A stretch of 64,000 nt of DNA from Marsupella aquatica (lineage: Eukaryota; Plantae; Marchantiophyta), in NCBI GenBank assembly GCA_973895155.1, contig OZ316897.1:4977976-5041975 (forward strand), in the 5' to 3' direction. Below are positions 1 to 12,059 of the stretch, piece by piece. Numbering within the stretch: the stretch's first letter is position 1; each line of letters begins with the position of its first letter. The position numbers and the translations under genes are program-made. Under the pieces are notes generated by a model. That model was given only the letters and a program-made list of their open reading frames with translations, did not search any database and was not told where the DNA came from.

Positions 1-115
1 CAAAGAATTCCACCATAGGGTTAAATGCTGGTGCAGCTCAAGTCCCTGTCACAATCACACCGGCAGGAGTAGCGGTGGATGCTGGTGGAGTGCTGGTGGT
101 GGATGGTGTGCCACT

Positions 116-649
116 CTAGCTAGTGCTACTAGAAGAAGCATCAGCTATGGCAATGGGTTGGGCAGCCGCACTAGTGCCATAGGTGATGGACACGTAATTA
201 GGCGACCAATGCTGCCTCCATGCCTCAATCTCAACCAAATGAGCCTTCCAAAACTCATGGTAGTCATCCATGGGTGGCCCCTCCAAATGTTGAAATAATC
301 CCTTCCATGCCATGAAAGGGGTAAACAACGTGGCATTACGCAATGTCTGCATCTCGCACCACGTATCAAACTCCTGGATGAAGTCATCCAGATCAATCGT
401 GCCAACTGCACCAGAGTATCGTCGTGGGCCCTTCGTAGCCCCATACATCTCTTCCATATCCCACAACAAAGGTGCAATCACCTGATGATGAGGAGAACTG
501 CTCACAGAGTCCTCGTCAAAATCACTATCTGAAGCTGTGTTGTTGACTGCTACCAATGTCACTGGCCAAAACTGCACCCCACTCTGAGTGAAACCGGTCT
601 GTCGTCCATCGGGTAACCCAGCAGCGCCAGAAGAATCCGTGGTGACCAA
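116..649 (-). pseudogene. gag: gag N-terminal fragment of gypsy family B
   Basis: RRYSGAVGTIDLDDFIQEFDTW...WRQHWSPNY is shared with 29054-29626. Premature TAG at 116-118; the frame continues toward position 1. Confidence 0.7.
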
Positions 650-1180
650 TCTAACCTAATCTATATGCTAACCCTAAGGGCAATCTGCTAACCCTAAGGG
701 CAACACAAGCACTCACCATGGTGTGTTGAGCATCACTCCAACATCACCAGGAGAGAAATACGTAGCACAACTAGAATGTCCGGTTGCAAACCCGGATCAC
801 TCCTATAGAATCAAGTGCCCACGCCAAACTAACATGGCGCATAAACAGGAAGCATATGTGGAGAGGATCCAATCAACAAGAAGAGATCCACAATAACTCT
901 CCACATCAATAGTGATCATACATCAATCAAACAATGTTCATAATGTTCAATGTGGGGCCTTCATAATAGGCCTCTCAATGTTCAATGTCGTAGCTAAGGA
1001 TCCATGCACAATTGGTTCAATCCATGCATCTAGATGGATTAAGAAGCATCAAAAACCCCAGGGAGTTTAAGATTTGGCCCAAAATGGCAATCTAAACAAA
1101 CTAGAATGTGTATAAAATGTCTAAGTGCTCATTCCATTAACATCAAAGTGGAAAGGAGTGTGTGTACACAAGAGCACTTA

Positions 1181-1234
1181 AGAACCACATAGTTAAGCGC
1201 GTGGGGAAGGAATAGCTTTGGGATGGGTGACCTC
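1181..1234 (+). other. 5S rRNA-derived internal control region fragment (A box to C box)
   Basis: AGAACCACATAGTTAAGCGCGTGGGGAAGGAATAGCTTTGGGATGGGTGACCTC aligns to plant 5S AGAACTCCGCAGTTAAGCGTGCTTGGGCGAGAGTAGTACTAGGATGGGTGACCTC. A box at 1191, C box at 1221. The 5S 5' and 3' ends are absent. Confidence 0.75.
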
Positions 1235-2572
1235 TCACTTGTAACTATGCACCAAAATGGCCGCTCCAAAATCAGTAGCTTGCAACTACTCCTCACGTAC
1301 CAGCAAGCTAGCTTGCTGGCCCGCCCGCTCCTACTTCGCTCTCACGCCCCTCATCCCGAGTAACCACGAGTTGCCTCGAAGCCTCCAAACGCCGAGATGA
1401 GCCAAAGAGTGAGCTCGCAACGCTTCGCTACGCCAAATCGAGTTTTGGATTCGGCAACATTCAGACTTTGGCTACCTTTGCACAACATCGCGGATAGGCT
1501 GCGATAGCATACAGTATGGCCTTAAGAAAATAGTCAAAGTTGGCAACATCTGCGACCATCAGCAAACACTTTCTTCACAAGAAAGGCGATCAGAATCCAA
1601 ATCTCAATCCCGCAACAACACAATTGCGCCTATGTTCCCTTCACAAAACCGTGATGGACAGCCTCCCGCGTCAACGCCTTGTCGGACCAGATCCGTGAGT
1701 TGCAGCAACTTTGCGAGTTGTTTCCTTCATAAAAACGCGGATTGGCCCTTCCACATAACCGCGCGGAGCATCGGCAGATCCATTTCCCTCAGGAAAATAG
1801 TCGTCACTTCACTTGCCCCTTATCACAGTCGTGACAATAGTCGGAAATCAGATCTGAAGTCTCACGCATTGACTTCCACTGGCCGACAATTTGCCAACAT
1901 TCGCGGAGTGCTTTCCTCCACGAAAACCAACATTCAAACTCGGCTACTCATTCAATAGTAGCGTTATGTGCCCAGATTGACACAATCTCCTTACAAATCC
2001 CATGACACAATGAGCGATATACGATCTTCAACGATCTGCGATCTCTCTCCTCAAAACAATATTTGCCAACACAAACTACAACAGATTGAAGGACTAACGA
2101 TCTACTCAATGAGATATGAGATACCACGGATCCACGCAACAGATTCAAACAATTTCCACAAACCGTCGCCAACTCAATCAACCCGAAACAAACTTTTGTT
2201 TGCACAGTCCGCACGATAGAGTTCGCATCTGATCTTTCAATGTAATCTCAATACAATTGGCACAGCGATCCCGGTCCACAATACCCCATCGATTCCGCAC
2301 CGATCTGATCACACATGTATGTCAAGCCAACGCACCTTGCACTACTCAAGGAATCCACGTTACACAAGCGGAGCTCACAACCACCATAGCCACTCTCAAG
2401 CTCCTCTCTTTCCAAGGCTCAACATTGAAGGATGACCTTTCAATGTCTCACAAGTGAGAAGTACCCTCTCACACAAACCTGACAAAACCTTATCGGCTCA
2501 TATAGCACACATACCAAACATACGGATCTAGATAGTACGATACACTCTAACACTACCTAGAATGGTGTGACA

Positions 2573-5500
2573 CAACACACGGAAGACTCTTTCTGACACG
2601 AAACTATCAAAGTTAGAGCAACCACCAACACTGGAGGAAGTAAAAGATACTTTGTGGTCGTTCCCAGCTGATAAAGCACCGGGGCCTGACGGATTAACAG
2701 CTGAAGTGTTCAAGAAGTGATGGGACTTCTTAAACAAGGATTTATTGAGAATGATTCTGGCATTTTGGAGGACTGGCGAACTGGCGTGCAACGTGAAGCT
2801 GGGGATTATCAAGTTAATTCCCAAGAAGGCGAATAAAAGGAGATTGAAGGATTGGAGGCCTCTCATGATGCTTAATACGACATACAAGATTATAGCCAAA
2901 CTCCTAGCCAGACGCTTAAGACCACTGCTGAACCAACTGATCAGCCCCCAACAATCCAACTTTATTCCAGGATGACACATTCTTGAGAACATTTCTATAG
3001 CGTGGCTTACAACGGACTGGGTAAGAACCAAAAAGGAAAAATCCTTGTTCCTCAAGCTCGATTTTGAGAAAGCCTTTGATCGGGTCAACCATACTTACAT
3101 TTGGGAATCCCTGCACCTCTTGGGACTCGGGAGTCACTTCATCAGGCTAGTCAGATCTCTTGTTACAGGGGCAAGCTCTAAGATTCACATTAATGGCCTC
3201 TTCTCTAAGGACATTTGAATGCTTAGAGGCGTATGCCAAGGCTGCCCACTCTCTCCTCTACTGTTTGTACTATCGACCCAACCATTCATGGATTTCTTAG
3301 ATGGAGAACTGGCACAAGGCACCTTGAGAGGAATTCAGATATCGGAGGTGTTGACAATATGTTACAAATTCTTTGTTGACAACCTCAGAATGTTTATTCC
3401 TGCTACTCTTGAGGATTTTTATGGGGCCAGACAAGCTATAGAGTGTTATGAGCTAGCATCAGGTGCTAAACTGAATTTGCATAAGTCGACTGCTATTCCC
3501 TTGGGACTCAATGAGATTCCAAAATGGCTTGTCAAGACAGGTTGCACTATTAGCCAGAAAGGGGAAATTCAGAAGTACCTGGGTGCTCCTTTGGGTTGGG
3601 GGATACAGGCCTCCAAGCTCCACACTTTTTGTCTCAATCAAATTGAATCCAGGCTCTCTACGTGGGCCACCAGGTTTTTATCATTCACGGGCAGGACTAT
3701 ACTGGTAAAACATGTTCTTCAAGCTGTACTCATTTACCATATGATGTTCTTACATTCTTCGAGTGCTCTAGCCAGGAAAATGGTGGCTCTATGCCGTGAT
3801 TTCCTTTGGGGTTACAACGCTGCAAGGGGGAGAAAGGTGCCACTGGTGGCTTGGAAGACATTGGCCCGCCCAAAGGTTGACGGTGGGCTGGGCTTCAAGG
3901 AATTTAGGAGCCACTCGGATACACTCCTAGCACAATGGTTCTACCATGCGCTTGATCACCCGGACACAGACTGGGCCAAGCTCTACTACGAGAATTTGAA
4001 AATGGCAAAATGGCATAGCCACAAGACCATCAGGAGAAACAACTATTCCCTCTCTGACCGCCTCCTATTGTGTTATCCTCGCTCATTCAGCGGACTGAGC
4101 TATACTGGCAGTCTCTGGAAAGCCTGGGAAGCACTCTGTACGCACTTGTTATTTTTGCCTGCTGGTGCTGCAGTGGCCGCTTGGTGGAGCATTGAAGATA
4201 TCGTCAGGAGTCTAGAAGAGTTTCAGGATCTTCCAGAAGAAACGAAAGGTACATGCTGATCCAGACTTGGGGCCAAATTGGTCTGAGAAAGGTCTCTAAC
4301 CTCAGACGCTGGGGTGGCAACACTCCGGAATTTTCTCGACACAAGCTCTACAAGATCAGAGGTTTGGACCGGGAGTTGGAGGCGCTGTGCATCTCCTTCG
4401 TGAGGAGAATCAGAAGGATTACGGATGACAGGGAGGCTGGTTCTTCAGCAGCGTGTTGGATCTGGGCGGACAAAAAGGAGAGAATGAGCCAATTTGCCCT
4501 TCCCAATGCTAGAGCATACCAACTCCTTCGCATGAAGGGTAGTGACTTTACTAGGCTCAACCGCATCTGGTCGCTTCATCTCTCTGATTTGGAGTGGAGT
4601 AAACTTTTGCACTCACTATGGTTGTCTGATCTCCCCACGAAGTCTCGCACATTTCTTTGGAGAGTGATTGCACAAGGGCTTTTCACTAAAGTCCGGGCAT
4701 TGAGGATGGGTAAGAGTGATGGTACTTGTGGTCTGTGCTGTCATGTTCCTGAGACCATACCCCACATCTTCTTCACATGCAAGCTTGCTGTCAAAGGTTG
4801 GGAACTGGTTGCCAGAACTTTTCCAGATCTGATCACATGGCCTGCAAAGTGATCTGAGAGCAAGTCACGGAACTCGACTACCTTAACACTTAGCTCCGAC
4901 ATCGTTGACTCCGACGCCGAGCTCCCTTATGGTCCAGGCCCGGATAGGCCATCCGGGGAGGACTTAGCATGGAGAGACTGTGGGCAATGAGACGTGGCAC
5001 TGGCAAGGCAAGGGGCCAAGCTGGGGACACACACTAAGGACTTGGACTAGCCTATGGCTGGTCGGGTCAAGGGGAAATGGGCCGGGCTCAAGGATGGTCA
5101 TCCGGACCGTCGGATGGACTTTGAGTTCTGAGGGCTTGGGAGTGAGCTCCTCTTGGGCCCAAGGCCAATGGAGTTGACGTCATTGGCAACGGACGCTTGG
5201 GGCGCAAGTTGTGGCCCAATCTGGGTTGGGCCGGTCGGGGGCCCTGAGCGGCGATCATACCTGAGGGCCTAGGCATGAGCACTGGGTTGGCCCGGTCACA
5301 ACGGGCTAAGGCACTCCGCTTGCGGATGCCTATCAAGAAAGTTATGGGCATTGCCAGTTGGTGACACGCCCATTATGCGCAATGGGATCCGGGTTGGGGG
5401 CCAAATGTTTAGGGACCAAAGCTGTTCCGGGGGTGGCAGGTCTCCAGAAGCATATATGAGGGGAGTGGTGTCTCCCTGGGGGCTAAGGGCGAGCCGAAGT

Positions 5501-6928
5501 CGTGAGCTGCGGCGGTCGCGACACTAAGAGAAACCGCCAAACGGAAAGAGCGGTATTTTCCCAATGGGAAGTCCGTTGGAGGACTTCTTGGGTTCGTTGG
5601 AAAGCTCTTGAAGAGGGATACGCCCTCCTGAGCTCAGATGGGTCCGGGGGTGCCATGGGTTCTCTGGTTTGCGGGTGTTAGCTCACCCACTTGCCAAATC
5701 CTGCCGAACAGCAGCCAAGCCGCGTTCAGCCTCCCAAGGGAACTTGCGTTGGGGAGGCAAGGCCAAGTAGGTATGGAGGCTGAGTCCCAAGGGTGCTCGG
5801 TCCCTGGAACATCAGTGGGGCGAACCGGGAGCGGTTGCTAGAGTCGGGGCCGTTATGGTCTCGACGTGTGGGGACAAGCTTGGGACAAGCTTTAGGACAA
5901 GCTACGCTAATTGGGCCATGAGCATGTCCTGAGGTCAGGGCGGTCAGTTGGTGATGGATAGGTACGAGGGGGAACCCGGGCCGCGCCCAAGGAAGGAGCT
6001 GTCCTGGACGAGCAATGGGCGTGGGTTCTGGTTCCGGCTTATGGCATCGGGAGGACCTATCGCTAACCTATTTACCAACGTCTGTTGAGCTTGAGTTAGG
6101 ATGCTAGACTTGGCGAGTTCTAGATCCGGAGGGGTTACTTACCGAGGTGCTTGGTTGCTTGTGCAGACAATGAGGACCGTTGAGTAGCGGTCGTGTAGGT
6201 GAGCAAGTGTGGCTTCGTATGGGAGGGGCCGCAGGTGGTGCTAGAGGCATTTGGATGCTTGCTCGAGGCATTCCGTGGAGGCGTTCGGGCACCAAGGGCA
6301 CTTAGGCGCAAGTGCTGGGATTGGTGAGGGCGCTGGGTGGCTAGGTCCACCACTGAGCACTAATGGGTGCATTTTATGGCCACAGCCTTGCCCGCTCATT
6401 GATAGTCTTCATGATGTATCAAGTGCTCTGGCATATTTGGCTTGCTCGGAATGACAGTGTATTTAATAATGGAAGAAGGAGAAGTTTTGATCTGTTGAAG
6501 ATATTTACGGAGATCATTGATCAACTTCATGGACTGTGTGAGGATTCTGGCCCCTGCAATAGGCGCACACGGTTGCTGCGCACCAAGGAGGAAATTATTA
6601 AGGAACGCTTGAACTGGGTCCTCAGGCGGAGGCACGGTTTTCCTTTTCCCCCTGATTTATGACATCTGTCCTTAGATCACTATACTTAGACTTTTGGCGA
6701 TTCCCTGGTTGGGTTGCCCTAGATAGAACAGGTATCTAGGGTTAAGCATGGGCGGTGATGCTTTTCAGCCTTCTTCACCCTGTGGCCTCTTGCCCGGGGC
6801 TTTTTGGTGTGTGGTCTATTTCGGTTTTAGTTGGTCTCTTGTCTCCTGCCTGCCCTGTTTGGGCCTCTATGTTGCCTGTTTGGCCCCCTTTCCCTTAGGG
6901 TTTTGCGGGTTTTGAAGGAAAAAAAAAA
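2573..6928 (+). mobile_element. L1-clade LINE, 3' part of ORF2 (RT + zf-RVT), degenerate, with poly(A) tail; interrupted by 4863-6354
   Basis: KAPGPDG, KDWRPLMMLNTTYKIIAK, KLDFEKAFDRV, RGVCQGCPLSPLLF, KYLGAPL, GGLG, CGLC...ETIPHIFFTC and IWLARNDSVFN motifs. Several stops/frameshifts; catalytic YADD degenerated to FVDN. A10 tail at 6919-6928. Confidence 0.92.
4863..6354 (+). mobile_element. 1492-bp non-coding solo-LTR-like element with AGT...ACT termini and 5-bp TSD GAGCA
   Basis: TSD GAGCA at 4858-4862 and 6355-6359. Removing the element restores the LINE frame (LQSDLRALMGAFY). Homologous copies at 22633-23990 (+) and 21811-22318 (-). TATA-like CATATATGAG at ~5451; GGACAAGCT x3 at 5871-5903. 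Confidence 0.85.
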
Positions 6929-7065
6929 GTGTGGTAAAAACAATAACTAGCACTTGTGTCTTAACAACATGCAATAAAGGCCACGTTTTTTTGGTTGCAA
7001 ATTTACACTGCCACTCTTGTTAGATTACCTAGAACGCCACGCTTTTCTTTGGATTATGATCTTTT

Positions 7066-7068
<3 letters not shown>

Positions 7069-7099
<31 letters not shown>
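7069..7099. repeat. (GA)n microsatellite
   Basis: About 15 AG units, upstream of the small gene. Confidence 0.95.
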
Positions 7100-7106
<7 letters not shown>

Positions 7107-7507
7107 GAGTGGTTCAGCCTAGGTGACCCACCCCTTCCATTGGGCCAAACTATTTCACGGTTTGTAGACGAAGATCCTGGATGTTGGAATGTAAAAATGT
7201 GGCATGATTTTGGTCTTGAATAATTCTGACTTTGAACGGGTGCTGGAAAGTAGTGGCATCTTAACAAATAAACCAATTTCCTGCAAAACATGCGTCAAAC
7301 TAGTAAAATTCACTAACACCTAAAAGCAACTGAGTACAATAATTCAGCTCGCGCGGAGTCCGTGTTCATTGGCTAGACAAATTTTTAATTACAGTACAGT
7401 ACGTCAGAGAGGTTCAGCATTTGGACGAGACCAAGGCTCGAACCGCGTAGATGCGTAGGACAGTACCATCAGAGCTTGGAGTGGACAGGAGGAGTAGCGT
7501 TGGATCG

Positions 7508-8073
7508 ATGGCGGTCCCCAAACTTCTTCAGCCCACGCCCTCCTGGCTGAAATCATACGCCGTCGTTTTTTCCTCCTTGCTCGCAGGTGCATCTATCGTC
7601 CATAACATCCTCAAGCCTGATCTCGTGGGTTGCGCTACCTTTCTCTCTCCACGTTTTGAATCGGCCGCCTAACCCTCCTTCACTTTACATGGACTGCCAG
7701 TCGCAAGATCAGGATGATTCCGGGTTTCCTTACATTACGTAATCTAGCGAATAACGATTCCAGAAATTGATCGTCCGATCGACTCGTTTGCCGTTTATTC
7801 TACACTTACTCCTCCCTACTGTTTCTGCTTGTTCTCCAGATGAAATGGGTCAAGATGATTGAACTTTGAATCTAGTGACTTGCTCAATATCTTAGGGGTC
7901 GGTTTTCAGAGATCGGATATCCTGTTTTGTCCTACAGATTTTTTGTAAGTATACTCCGAGTATCTTCCGCTGATGGAGACTGACATGTCTGTACATTCGG
8001 TTGGACGCAGACAATACCAACTCTGGAGAGTGACAGCATTGTACTCAAAGAAAGCGAGTCAGAGTCTCGATAA
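7508..8073 (+). CDS. BRAWNIN/UQCC6 (C12orf73, DUF4516)-like 59-aa microprotein; exons 7508-7624 and 8011-8073
   Basis: Spliced product MAVPKLLQPTPSWLKSYAVVFSSLLAGASIVHNILKPDL|TIPTLESDSIVLKESESESR*, with a GT..AG intron. SLLAGAxxVHxxxKPDLTIP matches the BRAWNIN signature AGAEVVHRYYRPDLTIP. Confidence 0.8.
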
Positions 8074-8592
8074 CTTGAAGTTTAGATCTCAACTTGAACT
8101 TGTCTTGTAGCAGTGAGTTTATAAACCTGGAAATCTGATATTTAGAGTGACTATTTGGAAACTTCGAATTTGTCGACTTCAGATGCGAGAAAGTCAGTGA
8201 GCGGGACTTCCAACTGGAAAACACTGATGATGGGAGTTTGGAATCAGAGGTCGAGTAGCTTTTGTCGACCCTGAAACGCCCCTGTCTCTATTCGACTTCG
8301 GTTAGCTTACTGGCTTTCTCTGTGTTTTGTTGGGTGATAGACATGTCCGAGCTCGAATGTTAGAGGGTGGTGCATAGTGATTATTGAGTTGTCTCAACGT
8401 TGTGGAATTTTGCTACCATCCGTCCGAGTTTTACCAAAACCATTCTAATCGTGGTGTAGGCGATGTTGACGATTCTGCAGGGGTATGGATGTGAGTGAGA
8501 GCGACAGCTAAATAGGCAGGGCCTCTTGGCAAGGCTGGGCTGTCGTAGGGCTTGAAGCTTCTGAACCCATTAGCTTTTCTGAGCTTTGGAAA

Positions 8593-9841
8593 ATGGGACA
8601 GCTACCACATCCCTTGGCAGGAAAATCTGGAGAAGGTGCTCCGGTTGCTCCCCCGAAATGGAAATGGAGATGTGGCAATCGCCTGAGTGACATGTATTTC
8701 TATTCTCCTGACGGGAAGAAGTTTCGTTCCAGAGTGGAGCTGGCCTCCTATTTGAGTACATTATCCGATGGTCCTTCACAGGATGAATTTTGTTGGAGGC
8801 CCACGGAAGAAAGTGAGAAGCAAATCCTCTTACGTAGCTGCGTTCTGAATTTATAGGCAACGGTGAATTTTGCTTTTCATGAACTCCACGTGAGTTGACC
8901 ACTTGTTACCGCAGATGCTAACCATTGTTGATGGATACTTCGAGTCCTTCATTTTAAAGTAGATACTCACACTGTAACGATTGTTGTCGTGGACTGTGGT
9001 TTGATATGCTTTTCTCTTACTCCTGTTGTATATACAAGTCCTAAAGACCGGATTCTGGATCAAAGAGTCCTCATCGGAGCCACTCAAGACTCTGAAAAGC
9101 AAAGGCAGGAACGTGGACACAGAAAAACCGGCTAAAAAGGCTAAGCAGAGCGACAGAAGCTCTAATGGGTCGCCCCAGGTAACGATTATTCTACAATTGT
9201 GTGACTCCCCTCCTTTGGCTTTTCATCAGCTTCTTAAAGGTAGCGAAGGAATTGATATACACCAGGGTTCTTGATCTTCTCATTGCTGGTAGTACTGGTG
9301 ACAGATACAATCTCCCTCGACTGTACACAATGGAGTCCAATTCTCACAAGTTGAGCCACTTGCCATCAGGGCTCCAGGCCCGGTTCTGTCAAAGAAGGTG
9401 ACTCCCTTCAGATCCCGAAAGAAAAAAAAAGCAACGAAGGATGAGACTAAATCGAAAGGAAAGAAGACAGCAACGGATGTAAAAGCACAGAAGACTGAAA
9501 TGGAAGCGACGACAGAGAAGCCTGCATCTACCGGCTCCCATACATTCAAGGAGATTTTGGCAGAACCTTCCAGCTTTACGTGGCTCTTCGATCCATATAC
9601 TATGGACAAATTTAGGGAGGAGGCAAGGAAGTTAAATGACCTCAGTGCTACAGAAATCAGTGAAATGAGGAAATTGCTGGTGGGAAGGAATCCTCAGATG
9701 GGTAATATGTCGAAGTACCCAAATGAGGTTCTCAAGGTCTTCCTTCGCTTGCTTGGCACCAATGGTCTGAGTGATGAGCCCTCCGATACATTAGGGAAGG
9801 TTGAACTGGCAGACCTGTGTGTGAAGCTAGCCAAGGCTTAA
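8593..9841 (+). CDS. Methyl-CpG-binding domain (MBD)-containing protein, multi-exon (approx. 8593-8812, 9039-9178, 9305-9841); 5' end uncertain
   Basis: DMYFYSPDGKKFRSRVELASYL is an MBD core motif. Donor GTAACG at 9179 and acceptor ACAG at ~9304 join Lys-rich downstream ORFs in frame. Internal exon structure is only partly resolved. Confidence 0.7.
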
Positions 9842-10045
9842 GAGGGGAGTGGGGCCCAGTTGAGTGGTATGAGTTATGTGAGTTTACTTCGAACTTTTCA
9901 GTTTATGTTCTGACCTTGTCCAGCTAATGTCCTTTTTTGTTGCAAAGCTTTACTGAGTAGGTTTTCTTCTCCTGAATTCGAATTGCTACGCCTTTTGTTT
10001 AGTTCAGGCAAGCTCAATCGGCGTACGTGCAAGGTTCTGATGAAA

Positions 10046-10208
10046 GTATCTTCCGCAGATGGAGACCGAAATGTCTGTTCATTCATTGGACGGACGCAAC
10101 ACCCACGCTGGAGATTGACGCTATAACCGGAAGTTAGATCTCAACTTAGAGTTTTGTCTGGTAGCAGTGGTGTCATAAGTCTGGAAAGTTGATATTTCGA
10201 GGGACTAT
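10046..10208 (+). repeat. Diverged direct duplicate of the BRAWNIN-like intron end, exon 2 and 3'UTR (7960-8160)
   Basis: GTATCTTCCGCAGATGGAGAC...TTAGATCTCAACTT...GTAGCAGTG...CTGGAAAGTTGATATTT parallels 7960-8150, with an internal deletion. Confidence 0.75.
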
Positions 10209-10599
10209 GTAAACTGGGCGGGCCTGACATCAATTTGAAATACATCGATAACCCTTGCAGACTCCTCACGATCTTCCTGTTGCTGCTTTAGGTTAATGGT
10301 TGACAGTAATTGGTGCTGTACAAGAAGAATGTCTTTGCTCTCGTGTGTTGAGAGCTACCTCCAGCAGATATCATTTAAGCCAAGTCAACTACAGGATGGA
10401 CCTAAGGTACTCAGCGCTCAGTACAATCGACAGTCATTCGATATTTAGCACCAGGAGTCACTGGGTTTGCACATGTTAGTAAGAAGACAATTAAAGTCAG
10501 ACCCTCACTAGCAACTTAATTGCAAATTTCTTAAAGGAGATTCAGATATTGGCGAACTGAACAGTCTTTGAGTGGCATTTTATTCCTTCGGGAATTTGT

Positions 10600-11100
10600 G
10601 CTCTAACCGTATGCAGTTGACTTTCCAAGGTGCACAGCGCTTGTGTTTTCTTCTTGGTTTGACATGCCTTTGAGGGTGACTGGAATTCTTCTCAATACTT
10701 CGTCGTCTTTGAACGTGACTGAGTCTGGTTTAATTTGGTCTAACACCTGCATTCCGAGAAGTCTTCACATTCTTGGACGCAGACGAGTATCAGGACAATC
10801 CTTCTGGAATTCGTTATTTCAATCGGACTTTTGATTGGTGCATTTATGTCTATAAAGATTCGTTTAAATGGAGATCGCGGCACTAAGTTTTGATATCCTT
10901 GTTGGGCTCTTTGAATTCTGTTCTCAGCTGATAACCCTCGGATGAACCTCGATATACTTGTGAAAGCATCATAATGGGGATTATGGGATGGCTCCAAGCT
11001 CACCTTATGGACCTGGACCCCGGATTTTTTACTGTCATTACGATTTAGTTTCAATAGAGCACATCAGAGAAATATCTTGGAAGACAAATTTGGAACATTC
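10600..11100 (-). pseudogene. Possible highly decayed LINE endonuclease remnant
   Basis: Minus-strand fragments LLETK, GSSEG and FIDINAP resemble L1 APE motifs (QETK, G.SGG, N.YAP) in the expected order. Many disruptions. Confidence 0.3.
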
Positions 11101-12059
11101 GAAGGTGGAATTTTGGTGTTGCCATCAGCCACTCAACCGATGGAGGCTCGATGATTTCCGTGTACGAAGACTAGAAGGAGGGGACTAGCCTTGTGCGAAA
11201 ACTTTGCATGAAATGCAACTTCTTGATAGAATTGCGACACTCGTGATGTCACGTAAGTTGACTGAGGAGCTTTTCAATGCATTGGCAGAGACCGTCATTA
11301 TTGTTTCATCTCGGAGAAACACTAATAGTACATATGTTCCCTAACCCACGAAGTCAATCACCGTCACGGTTCTCAGGTCGTGACTTCCAAGACAAAAAAA
11401 ATCTTGGTTACCAGATCCAACTATCCATGAAGTGATATTATCTAGTCGGAGGTATCATGTCCTGATTTCTAGACGTTGGTAACCAGTGTTCTGGGAGCTG
11501 GACTAGATTAGGAAACTCCTGTAAATGACATACTTTCCCTGTAAATTGAGGCTACCTAGAGCTACCTAGCTCGAATAATTGGTCAGGAGATCTCACCCCA
11601 AATACTCTATTTCGCAGGAGTTTAGAAAGCTGACATGTAGGGGCCAAAGCATCAATCAGCTCTGACCCCCATTACATTCTATGATAAGAGGTCCTGTCAT
11701 TTTTACAATGGTCCTCTTACAAGTTATAGTGCATTCTGTGCCAAAGAAAGAGGAAGTGCAAGGGGAGGCAAAAACGAAACAGGAAAAGGGGGAACTGTGC
11801 AAACGGGCACAGAAAAATGGGGAGGTTGCACGAGTACCAGGGAGTATATTTCCCTTCCCATCCATGAGCAAGAGAGGAGGGCTAGGACCCATTGTTTGCA
11901 GTTGCACTATTAAAGCAAGTTGGTAACTAGAAAGTAAAATAAAATCTACAGTACTAATAGAAAACTTTTTAAAATTAAGTAAATAAACAAACAAAATCAA
12001 GTTTTATTTACAACTCCTGTGTGTGGATGGAACAAGGAGGGTGAGCATCGAGTAGTATT

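Larger units (their letters stand above)
1..2572 (-). mobile_element. 5' part of Ty3/gypsy-like LTR retrotransposon (family B), inserted in a LINE; continues off the left edge
   Basis: Minus-strand terminus TGTCACACCATT at 2572 matches the start of the copy at 27525. The gag-like ORF 116-649 is closely similar to 29054-29626. LINE RT sequence begins immediately at 2573. LTR 3' end and PBS not resolved. Confidence 0.8.

Noticed and set aside
668-703. Interstitial telomere
   Set aside because: There are only two spaced CTAACCCTAAGGGCAA units, not a tandem TTTAGGG array.
835-853. TGGCGCATAAACAGGAAGC as a tRNA-Lys PBS
   Set aside because: It has several mismatches, is in the wrong orientation relative to gag, and has no matching LTR pair.
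1181-1234. Functional 5S rRNA gene
   Set aside because: Only ~54 of 120 nt are present, with no terminal stem or T-run terminator.
7451-7672. 73-aa single-exon ORF
   Set aside because: The spliced model from ATG 7508 restores the conserved PDLTIP motif.
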